Of a DNA stretch of 9,906 nucleotides, positions 1-8,097 are shown piece by piece. The stretch spans positions 1-9,906 of the forward strand of contig NW_021827635.1 of NCBI RefSeq assembly GCF_006345805.1, read 5' to 3'. Below the pieces are notes generated by a model. The model was not told the origin of the DNA. It ran no database searches and saw nothing but the letters and a program-made list of their open reading frames with translations. How positions within the stretch are numbered: the stretch's first letter is position 1; every line of letters begins with the position of its first letter. The stretch comes from Octopus sinensis (lineage: Eukaryota). The translations under genes were made by a program, and so were the position numbers.

Positions 1-332
1 TTAATTGCAACAAGTTGCTCAAAAACCATTACCGAAAATATAAGAAATAGCAGCCAAAATTGATCACTATTTCCTCTACTAATAAAAAGTCTCCACAAAC
101 AAACACAATTTGTAACCTGTATATGGCAAAAAAGGAAGAAAATATCGAAATCCCAGCCTATGGATTAATTATAGACGAATCGTTTCTGGATTAGAACCGA
201 AGGCTCATTTCCTTGTCAATATAATATTTCCTATAAATCTAGAAATGCTAGGGGAAAAACTATATATATATATACGTATGAAATTTAGTGCATTTTCAAC
301 CCTTTTTTCTATTTTTTAAACAACTTGCACAG

Positions 333-373
333 GCAAGGGCTTACCAGTTGAAAGCTCCGCATATCGGAAGCCA
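333..373 (+). other. Candidate 41-bp internal exon (unconfirmed)
   Basis: Pyrimidine tract and CACAG|G acceptor (AG at 331-332), donor CCA|GTAAGT (GT at 374-375). Two of three frames are open (KGLPVESSAYRKP or ARAYQLKAPHIGS). No homology recognised. Confidence 0.2.
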
Positions 374-461
374 GTAAGTGTACGGGGTCATCAGGAGAGA
401 ATGTGCGCTGTTTCGATGCCTACCTCACGACATCATCATTCTGCATCGCCCCCTACTCACT

Positions 462-561
462 GATAGACAGACAGACAGACAGACAGATAGATAGAGATAG
501 GTAGATAGATAGATAGATAGATAGAGGATAGATAGATAGATAGATAGATAGAAGATAGATA
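462..561. repeat. Compound (GACA)n/(GATA)n microsatellite
   Basis: Read directly; a few GA, GG and AA interruptions. Confidence 0.97.
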
Positions 562-627
562 AGTTTCTTATTGGCCACACAGGCTGCACACAGATGGGAC
601 AAGTTACAAGGTAGAGCTTTTCTTTTT

Positions 628-841
628 GGGGATGAAGAGAACAAAAACAAAAGAAAAAAAAGGGGGGTGGCGTAGGTTTTCGATCAAGAGGATCGTAAAA
701 GGGAAGAAAAGAACAAAAACAAAAAAAAAATCGAATAAAATAAAAGAATAAAAAGAGAAAAAAAGAAAAGGACAAGGAACAAAAGGAAAGAGAAATGAAA
801 GAAGAAAAAGGGAAAAAAGGGGAAGAGAGAAGAAAAAAGAA
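628..841. repeat. Purine-rich A/G low-complexity tract
   Basis: Mostly A and G runs (GAAAA, GAACAAAAACAAAA twice), interrupted by a short mixed stretch near 660-695. Confidence 0.85.
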
Positions 842-1035
842 CGATCAATAGGAATCGTGTATCACAGTGTTATGATATATAGTGTAAAGGGGAAAGCAAG
901 TAAGGTTTATCCGTGGGAAGAAAAGCCTACGAAAAAGACCACGGTAACCTTGGTCAATATTGTTATATGTTACCACATTTGTTTGCAAGTGGGTAACCCT
1001 CTGTTTTCAATTTCTGGGTTCATAGGATTATGCTC

Positions 1036-1057
1036 AGATAGATAGATAGATAGATAT

Positions 1058-1111
<54 letters not shown>

Positions 1112-1150
1112 CGATAGATTGATTGATTGATAAATGGATGGATGGATGGA
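1036..1150. repeat. (GATA)n microsatellite drifting to (GATT)n and (GATG)n
   Basis: Read directly. Confidence 0.97.
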
Positions 1151-1234
1151 TATAAATACATATTTATATTATATACGAATCTGCTTATATATACATGTGT
1201 GTGAGTCTTTCTATGCATATATGGTAGGCATAAA

Positions 1235-1306
1235 CTCTCTCTCTCACACACACACACATACACACGCACACATACACGCACACACACAAACACACACACA
1301 CACACA
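1235..1306. repeat. (CT)n-(CA)n compound microsatellite
   Basis: Read directly. Confidence 0.95.
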
Positions 1307-1445
1307 ACTTACGCATGCATCGTTAATGTTTGTTGTCTGTATTTAAAGCAAATGAAATTCTTCTTGCGCCAATGAAAGAAATTATCGGTCTAAACGCAGT
1401 CGGAACACATTATACGTCCTTTGATACGAATAATTAATTATAAAA

Positions 1446-1833
1446 TCTTCTCTCTATATATAAACGGCAGTTTGTCTGTGTGTGTTTCTGTGTGTCTGTT
1501 AGGTTGTACCCTCACCCTGACCACGGCTTTCAACCGATTCTGATGAAACTTGACACACACATAGCCCAATGTCATAATTCAAAACTAACGCAGCGAAAAT
1601 TTTGAAAAGTTCCCCCAGTTCTGAAAAAAAAATCGATAAATTCGACATGGGGTCGAGAATCAGAAACACAAACCGCAAACTGTCTAGGGGACGCAACTCC
1701 ACCTTTTTTAACTAAAAAACAAATTTACCATCATTTTTTTCCATTTTTTTGCTATTTTTTGGCTATAACTCTCTAAAAATGCTTTATAGTTATTTCCCTT
1801 ACAAACCTGAGCAACGCCGGGCGATACTGCTAG
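1446..1833 (+). mobile_element. Non-autonomous Helitron A (388 bp), both termini intact
   Basis: 5' A|TCTTCTCTCTATATATAAAC at 1445/1446, followed by a GTCT/GTGT microsatellite. 3' GC-rich hairpin CCTGAGCAACGCCGGG (1806-1821), 8-nt spacer, CTAG|T at 1830-1834. This matches the Helitron TC...hairpin-CTRR rule with insertion between A and T. No coding capacity. Confidence 0.88.
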
Positions 1834-1958
1834 TAACTTATAAAAAGCAATTTTGGAAGCATACGACAGATTAAATTATCCAGACGCTGTTGCTTTGTTT
1901 GGTATCTATCGTTGCTGTTTTTAACCCGTGTTCGTCCCTGTGCAACGGATCTCAAATA

Positions 1959-2182
1959 ACTCTCTTTCTCTTTTACTCTCTTTTACTCTCTTTTACTTGT
2001 TTCAGTCATTTGACTGCGGCCATGCTGGAGCACCGCCTTTAGTCGACCAAATCAGGACTTATTCTTTGTAAGCCCAGTACTTATTCTATCGGTCTCTTTT
2101 GCCGAAACGCTAAGTGACGGGGACGTAAACACACCAGCATCGGTTGTCAAGCAATGCTACGAGAACAAACACACAAACACAT

Positions 2183-2213
<31 letters not shown>

Positions 2214-2385
2214 CATATATACGACAGGCTTCTTTCAGTTTCTGTCTACCAAATCCACTCACAAGGCATTGGTCGGCCCTAGGCTATAGCAGAAGACACT
2301 TGCCCAAGATGCCACGCAGTGGGACTGAACCCGGAACCATGTGGTTGGTTAGCAAGCTACTTACCACACATCCACTCCTGCGCCT
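1959..2385 (-). mobile_element. Full-length tRNA-derived SINE, family 1 (octopus-type)
   Basis: Minus strand: head AGGCGCAGGAGTGG, A-box-like TGGATGTGTGG (2374-2364), B-box-like GGTTCAGTCCC (2331-2321), CTTGGGCAAGT segment resembling the start of the CORE-SINE domain, internal (AT)/(GT) microsatellite, (GAGTAAAA)n tail. Homologous to the other copies in this window. Octopus attribution is from recall. Confidence 0.92.
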
Positions 2386-2444
2386 AACTAGTAATAGTCC
2401 ATGAATTAATATCATATAAAGAAGAGAAACGGGGATACGATCAA

Positions 2445-2492
2445 AGTGGATTTGGTAGACGGAAACTGAAAGAAACCCGTCGTGTATATATT

Positions 2493-2524
<32 letters not shown>

Positions 2525-2829
2525 TATATGTGTGTGTGTGTATTATCCTATATTTCATCTTCTGTCTTTCAATTGTTATATATATGTGTGTGTAATTGTG
2601 TGTTTGTGTGTATCTTAGTGTCTGAGTTTTTCCCCCACCATTGCTTTACAATCGATGTTGGCATGTTTATGTGCTCGTAAATAAGCGGTCCGGCTAAAGA
2701 GACCGATATAATAAGTACTAGGCTGACAAAGAATAAGTCCTGCGGTCGATTTCTTCGACTAAAAATCAAAAACCTTCAAGGCGGTACTCCAGCATGGCCG
2801 CAATCAAATGACTGAAACAAGTAAAAGAA
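2445..2829 (+). mobile_element. 5'-truncated SINE family 1 copy
   Basis: Starts AGTGGATTTGGTAGACGGAAACTGAAAG (reverse complement of about 2232-2259) and ends CCAGCATGGCCGCAATCAAATGACTGAAACAAGTAAAAGAA. Head and both Pol III boxes are absent. Confidence 0.92.
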
Positions 2830-2848
2830 TATATATATATGTATATAT

Positions 2849-2888
<40 letters not shown>

Positions 2889-2891
2889 CTA

Positions 2892-2970
<79 letters not shown>
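2830..2970. repeat. (AT)n microsatellite with (AC)n insert
   Basis: Read directly; abuts the SINE tail. Confidence 0.95.
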
Positions 2971-3251
2971 CATTATATAATTATATGTGTATCTTTATAT
3001 GTATGCATACATGCGTAGGCGTATAAGTGTGTATTTATACATTTATAGATCTGTGTGTGACATGCACATTATGTTTATAAATATATGTGCTTACGTATAT
3101 ACACAGACACATCTATTGATGAGTAGGCGGATATGTGCATATATATCCTTCCTCTTCACCTTGTTTCTTCATTCCTGAGCTACTTAATGGACAGACCATT
3201 TGATAAAAAGCAATGCATTATTCACGTGACTTTGTAATTGATTTGTTGTTG

Positions 3252-3288
3252 TTATTATCATCATCATCATCACCACTATTATTATATA

Positions 3289-3330
<42 letters not shown>

Positions 3331-3344
3331 CATTGTTGTTGTTG

Positions 3345-3380
<36 letters not shown>

Positions 3381-3461
3381 TGTTATATTATATTATTATT
3401 ATTATTATTGTTATTATTATTATTATTATATTATTATTATTATTATTATTATCATTATTTA
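3252..3461. repeat. Compound trinucleotide array (TAT)n/(CAT)n/(TGT)n
   Basis: Read directly; explains the poly-L, poly-Y and poly-I ORFs. Confidence 0.97.
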
Positions 3462-3777
3462 TTCCAAAACAATCCAGAGAATTATCACTTGAACTGGTCT
3501 ACATCCCAAGAGCAAGGGCCCAATACTGTAACAATGTAAGGTTCAAGGGGCCGCAAATTTTAAATATCTTGCTACAAAAACAATAGAGATCTATGGGGCA
3601 TACATATGCCAGTGTTCAAAGAACGTTTAGATAATTTCTTTTTTACCTGAGATATCATATAAGCCCGCACCACGGCAAGAAACGCTGAGGACAGTTTTGT
3701 TCAAACCACTGTTTCATACGAACTGAACCCGAAGAGAGGACTAAGTGAATTAAAATAAACATAAATCGCGCTAATGA

Positions 3778-3816
3778 CAGTGCCCCCAGCATGGCCACAA
3801 CACCTTGACTGAACCA
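3778..3816 (+). mobile_element. SINE family 1 3'-end fragment
   Basis: CAGTGCCCCCAGCATGGCCACAACACCTTGACTGAACCA aligns to the tail CGGTGCTCCAGCATGGCCGCAGTCAAATGACTGAAACA of the full copy. Confidence 0.7.
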
Positions 3817-3821
3817 CACAC

Positions 3822-3853
<32 letters not shown>

Positions 3854-3930
3854 TAATTATCTTTGCGGAGCAACTGTTTTATCGAAAGCGCATTTTGTTG
3901 TTAAATGCTCGAAATACGAGACTAGAAAAA

Positions 3931-4000
3931 CAGCCAACAACTGATGAAGGGTCGTTCTTTATGTTGTTTGTCTTGTTTTCCTAGAAACGTACATTGTGTG
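3931..4000 (+). ncRNA. Degenerate hammerhead-ribozyme-like motif
   Basis: CTGATGA (3941-3947), AGG...CCT, A, GAAA (3984-3987), then ACGTACAT (one change from the palindrome ACGTACGT). Stem II has only 3 bp and stem I is poorly supported. Confidence 0.3.
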
Positions 4001-4105
4001 AAACTGTTAGTAGGTCATAACTATATACTATGTAGATTAGACAATATTTATGTCACCGGATGGAGCACTTTTTTCTTTATTTTACCTTAACGGAAAATTA
4101 GACTG

Positions 4106-4430
4106 CGTGTGTGTGTGTGTGTGGTGTGTGTGTGTGTGCGTGTGTATTTATGTATGTATGATTGCATTTATATGCATATACACAAACAACATATATAAAG
4201 ATATATATATGTTGTGTGTGTGTTTCTCTTTGTTTGTTCACTGCCACAGCTTAGCAACTGATGTTAGGTTATAAACGTCCCCGAAATTTATTGGTTTGGT
4301 ATAGGAAGCAGACAGAATAAGTACGAGGCTTTACAATTTTTTATAAATAATGGGATCAATTTGTTCGACCATCTAAGGTGGTGCCCCAACCTGGTCACAG
4401 TCTAATGATTGAAACAAGAAAAAAGTAAAA
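4106..4430 (+). mobile_element. Old degenerate 3' half of SINE family 1 or a relative, with upstream (GT)/(AT) array
   Basis: 4231-4430 aligns with ACGTCCCCG, CAGAATAAGTACGAGGCTT, AAGGTGGTGCCCCAAC and TGATTGAAACAAG blocks of the full copy, with many substitutions. Confidence 0.78.
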
Positions 4431-5141
4431 CGTATATGTATATATATATATATATAATATATATATACTTTGAATAATGATCTTTTTCCCATTTTATTTA
4501 TCTTCATGCCGATTCTCCATACATTAGTAATAGATTATTTCTATATTTCTATGTAATAAAAATGGTTTATCTTTAAACGAATAATCATGCAAGATAATTG
4601 CTTTACAACACAGGCAATCCCAAATAAAAATTATTCCTCATAAAAGGCTGTTCATTTTTATTTTTATTTTTCCTGAAATTGAACTATCATTAAAGTGCAA
4701 TTTTTTATGCAGTCACATAATATGTATGTACGTGTAAGGTAACGGGGTGTCTGTGTGTATGTAATAATCAGTGTTTGGAAGTGGTTGTCGTATGAACAAC
4801 ATTATGACAGGGGTCTAAAACCTACAAAATTAATATCGTGTTTTCATGATCTATGAAAATAAAATATTTATCGCAAGAAAAAATAAATAAATTAACACAT
4901 CAAATTTCTGCGTAACTATGGAAAATATATTTATTATGAAAACAATTTTTATTTCCAAATTATTTACGTCTAGTTGCTGAATATCTATAGTTTTATTACA
5001 ATTTTAGTTTCCAAATTTCACGCCGAGTGTTCGGAACAGCGACGGATTAAAATTTTCATTTATAGTCAGTACATACATAGATTTCAGGATATGTGAGTAA
5101 CAGTGTATATATATCCAAGTAAAAATTGCATGTATGTATAA

Positions 5142-5142
<1 letters not shown>

Positions 5143-5188
<46 letters not shown>

Positions 5189-5225
5189 CACACACACCAC
5201 ACACACATATGCATACATACATACA

Positions 5226-5268
<43 letters not shown>

Positions 5269-5370
5269 ATAGATACAGAGATGTGAATATATACACACAC
5301 ACAGATATATATCCATATTTGCATATGTATCCATAATTTATATGTATATATATATATATGTATATATAAA
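5143..5370. repeat. Compound (CA)n/(AT)n microsatellite field
   Basis: Read directly. Confidence 0.92.
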
Positions 5371-5428
5371 TGAACACGGAACTATGTGGTTGGTAAGCAA
5401 GCTACTTACCTCACACCAACTCCTGCGC
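5371..5428 (-). mobile_element. SINE family 1 head-only fragment
   Basis: Minus strand GCGCAGGAGTTGGTGTGAGGTAAGTAGCTTGCTTACCAACCACATAGTTCCGTGTTCA aligns with the head of the 1959-2385 copy and stops inside the B box. Confidence 0.88.
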
Positions 5429-5455
5429 ACACAACATATATATATATATATATAT

Positions 5456-5499
5456 ATACACATTCTCAGTTTTATATATATAAAAATATATGTATAAAG

Positions 5500-5500
<1 letters not shown>
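5456..5500 (-). mobile_element. Inverted fragment of the Helitron B 5' terminus
   Basis: 5456-5484 is the exact reverse complement of 6439-6467 (29 bp). A TCTTTAT start preceded by A is present at 5500 on the minus strand, with about 14 extra AT-rich bases between. Confidence 0.7.
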
Positions 5501-5542
<42 letters not shown>

Positions 5543-5544
5543 GT

Positions 5545-5598
<54 letters not shown>
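5501..5598. repeat. (AT)n-(GT)n microsatellite
   Basis: Read directly. Confidence 0.95.
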
Positions 5599-5601
<3 letters not shown>

Positions 5602-5824
5602 CATGCACAGATATCCTTGCATTATATATTTTCGTATAGACATGTATATACGTATACATAAACATACGATTGCTGCCAATACGAAAAAAATGGGTGGTAT
5701 TTCAATCATATTCATATGATAAAATTATAACATTTCCATAATTTTCAACTAGGATTGGTCTGTTTAATCTGTTTAATCACATCAGTGTTTCCATTACTTT
5801 GGTAAAACGTAGTACTTATGTTGA

Positions 5825-5883
5825 AAACATCAAATCGAATTTACATTTATATATATATATAAATGTAAATTCGATTTGATGTT

Positions 5884-5884
<1 letters not shown>
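5825..5884. repeat. Perfect 60-bp palindrome centred on (AT)6
   Basis: AAACATCAAATCGAATTTACATTT + ATATATATATAT + AAATGTAAATTCGATTTGATGTTT; all 30 pairs checked, no mismatch. Confidence 0.98.
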
Positions 5885-5914
<30 letters not shown>

Positions 5915-6049
5915 CTGTGTGTGTCTGTGTGTATTAGTGAGCGCGTACACATGTATATACATATATAAGCAAGATATGTCTATAAATATGTGTGTGTATT
6001 AGTAAATTATACATACGCGCACACGCACACACACACATTTATATATATA

Positions 6050-6122
<73 letters not shown>

Positions 6123-6135
6123 CATATACATATAC

Positions 6136-6175
<40 letters not shown>

Positions 6176-6366
6176 GATGAATATAAAGGTATATACGCAT
6201 ATTCAACAATGTATATGTGGTGTATATATATATATATATAAGTAACAATATGTACAGATGCGGATGTACTGTTTCATGAATATATACGTATATGTATCTA
6301 CATGTATATACATATACATATATATTTGTGTCTGTGAAAATATTTATGTATGTATATATATATATA

Positions 6367-6406
<40 letters not shown>

Positions 6407-6436
6407 TATATATATATATAATATATAATATATATA
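5885..6436. repeat. Large (AT)n/(GT)n/(ATATAC)n microsatellite field
   Basis: Read directly; short unique spacers between arrays. Confidence 0.92.
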
Positions 6437-7612
6437 TCTTTATATATATAAAACTGAGAATGTGTATCTGTATGTCTGTCTGTGTGTTTCCCTAAAACTT
6501 GAGAACTACACAACCAACTTCATTCAAATTTTACACATGCCTTACTTAGGGTCCGGGGAGTGTCATCGGCAAAGAACATTTTTAACTTTTTGCCTAGGGC
6601 GAGCCCACAGCAATATCATATCTTCTCCACTACGATTCCCTAAAACTTGAGAACTACACAACCAAATTCATTCAAATTTTACACATGCCTTACTTAGGGT
6701 CCATGTAGTTTCATGGGCAAAAACAATGTTCAACTTCTTGCCTAGAGCGAGCCCATAGGAATATCATATCTTCTCCACTATTCCAGTATTACGTGTTAAA
6801 TGTGAAACAAAAACATTTCTCTATTTTATCTCAGATACTTTCGCTTTAACAATAAAAAAAATAGTAACAATTGAATTATATGTAGTAAGTAATAATTAAA
6901 ATCAAACTAAAGTATAATATAATCGTAACATAAAAAATGTAAAAATGGCAATTGCATCAATGACTTGAACTTGAATAAGTGGTTTCCCATGAATGGGAAT
7001 AAATTAAAAATAAAATTAGCGTGCAGAAATGGAATAGTCCAGATGGATAATAAAAAATTAAATTAAAGAAAAGGACTATTGTCTATAAAGTATACAATGT
7101 AGAGAAAAAGAAGATTTGAACACATGGAGGAAAGCACCTTCGAAAAGTGTCTTGGTGCGACTATGAAAGGTATCTAATCAGAGGCGGTAAATTCGCCACA
7201 ATAGAAGCAAGGTTCGCGTCAACGGAGCGTGCAAGGGAGTACTCGACTAGAACTTTCAAAGTGGAAATATTTTACTTTTACCTTTATATCTGGGACGTAG
7301 GACGTCCCGGAAAAATATCTAAAATGCCCCCCCCCCCCGAAGTAGAGGTATGCTGGATTGTAGCCACACTTCTTTACAAGAGGGAGGACGAGATACAATT
7401 GATCGAAATTACAAGAGACGGGCTAACAATTCCAGTCTGTTATATATTTTGAGTATTGTTATCACTAGCGATATCAAGATATAACTTTGTAATTTGTATT
7501 TTATGTGTAGTTGTATATATATAGATGTACATGTAATATGTACACATATATATATACACATATATACATGCACTAGCACTATGACCCGGCAACGACGGGT
7601 CTTTAATGCTAG
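6437..7612 (+). mobile_element. Non-autonomous Helitron B (about 1176 bp)
   Basis: 5' A|TCTTTATATATATAAAAC plus GTCT microsatellite. 3' hairpin GACCCGGCAACGACGGGTC (7583-7601), 7-nt spacer, CTAG at 7609-7612, followed by C rather than T. That the two termini belong to one element is inferred. Confidence 0.72.
6488..6780 (+). repeat. Tandem duplication, period 148 bp, inside Helitron B
   Basis: Unit 1 is 6488-6635 and unit 2 is 6636-6780; 15 substitutions in 145 aligned bases, no indels. Confidence 0.97.
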
Positions 7613-7657
7613 CATGTATATATAAAGCGAGATATAAACAGTAGCTGCACGACATCG

Positions 7658-7884
7658 TGAAGTATATTTGCCATCTAAATGTGGTTGTGCCTGGGGAGAG
7701 TCATTCTCTTTTAGTGCCTTTTAATTTAACACAAACACCGGTAAAATTTCCACTCATTTGCTAATTCATCTTTCTATAACTTTGCAAAAATAAATAAACG
7801 AGAGGAAATTTTACCAATGAGTGTATTAAATATTAAGGTACTAAAAGAGAATGACTCAGCCCAGACACAACAGAATATACTTCA
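7658..7884. mobile_element. Foldback/MITE-like element with long terminal inverted repeats
   Basis: Arms 7684-7755 and 7800-7871 align ungapped at 59/72 around a 44-bp spacer. An outer 11-bp perfect pair TGAAGTATATT (7658-7668)/AATATACTTCA (7874-7884) lies beyond a 13-bp indel. No target-site duplication found. Confidence 0.75.
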
Positions 7885-8097
7885 ATACACGGAGAGGTTA
7901 TGAGCGGTAATGGTGTCATCGAGACCCAAATGTGTCAGGTAATGCTGAATAAGTGCTACAGATGGACCGCAGTTAAGTTCCAGATTCGGTGATTATGCGT
8001 TGGTCATATGTCAGCGTGTGTATATAAAAATTATATTTCGTAATGAGATAAAACAAAACCAAGGCTGTGTAGATTTTAGAACATTTATAGATAGAAG

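Noticed and set aside
387-416. Minus-strand CGAAAC...CTGATGA as a hammerhead
   Set aside because: Order would require a type II topology, but only 16 nt separate the motifs, too few for stems III and I.
583-610. 28-bp micro-exon
   Set aside because: Donor AAG|GTAGAG is weak and there is no supporting evidence.
2310-2385. tRNA gene
   Set aside because: A and B boxes belong to a SINE head that continues into SINE body; no complete cloverleaf or poly-T terminator.
1957-2389. TAACT as a target-site duplication of the full SINE
   Set aside because: Only 5 bp, AT-rich, and overlaps both element ends; cannot be separated from chance.
3488-3553. Short inverted (CTTGAAC/GTTCAAG) and direct (CAAGGGCC) repeats as a MITE
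   Set aside because: Arms are too short and gapped, with no TSD.
3680-3720. CTGAGGA...CAAAC as a third hammerhead
   Set aside because: G12 is missing, stem II is weak and no stem I partner exists.
4839-4861. TTTTCAT-GATCT-ATGAAAA hairpin
   Set aside because: Short AT-rich stem expected by chance at this base composition.
5143-5598. Large inverted duplication suggested by matching CC/GG interruptions in the (CA)n and (TG)n arrays
   Set aside because: Unique flanks do not mirror each other and the same GG interruption occurs in the unrelated array near 4122.
5760-5778. CTGTTTAAT tandem pair as a transposon excision footprint
   Set aside because: A 9-bp duplication is equally explained by slippage; no other evidence.
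6488-6780. CRISPR-like array
   Set aside because: Two contiguous 148-bp units with no unique spacers, in eukaryotic DNA.
7147-7452. 101-aa ORF as a Helitron RepHel fragment or gene
   Set aside because: GTG start, no HUH or helicase motif recognised, and PPPP derives from a C-run.
7874-7938. Exon ending at CAG|GTAATG
   Set aside because: Good donor, but the only nearby acceptor lacks a pyrimidine tract and lies in the foldback arm; no homology recognised.
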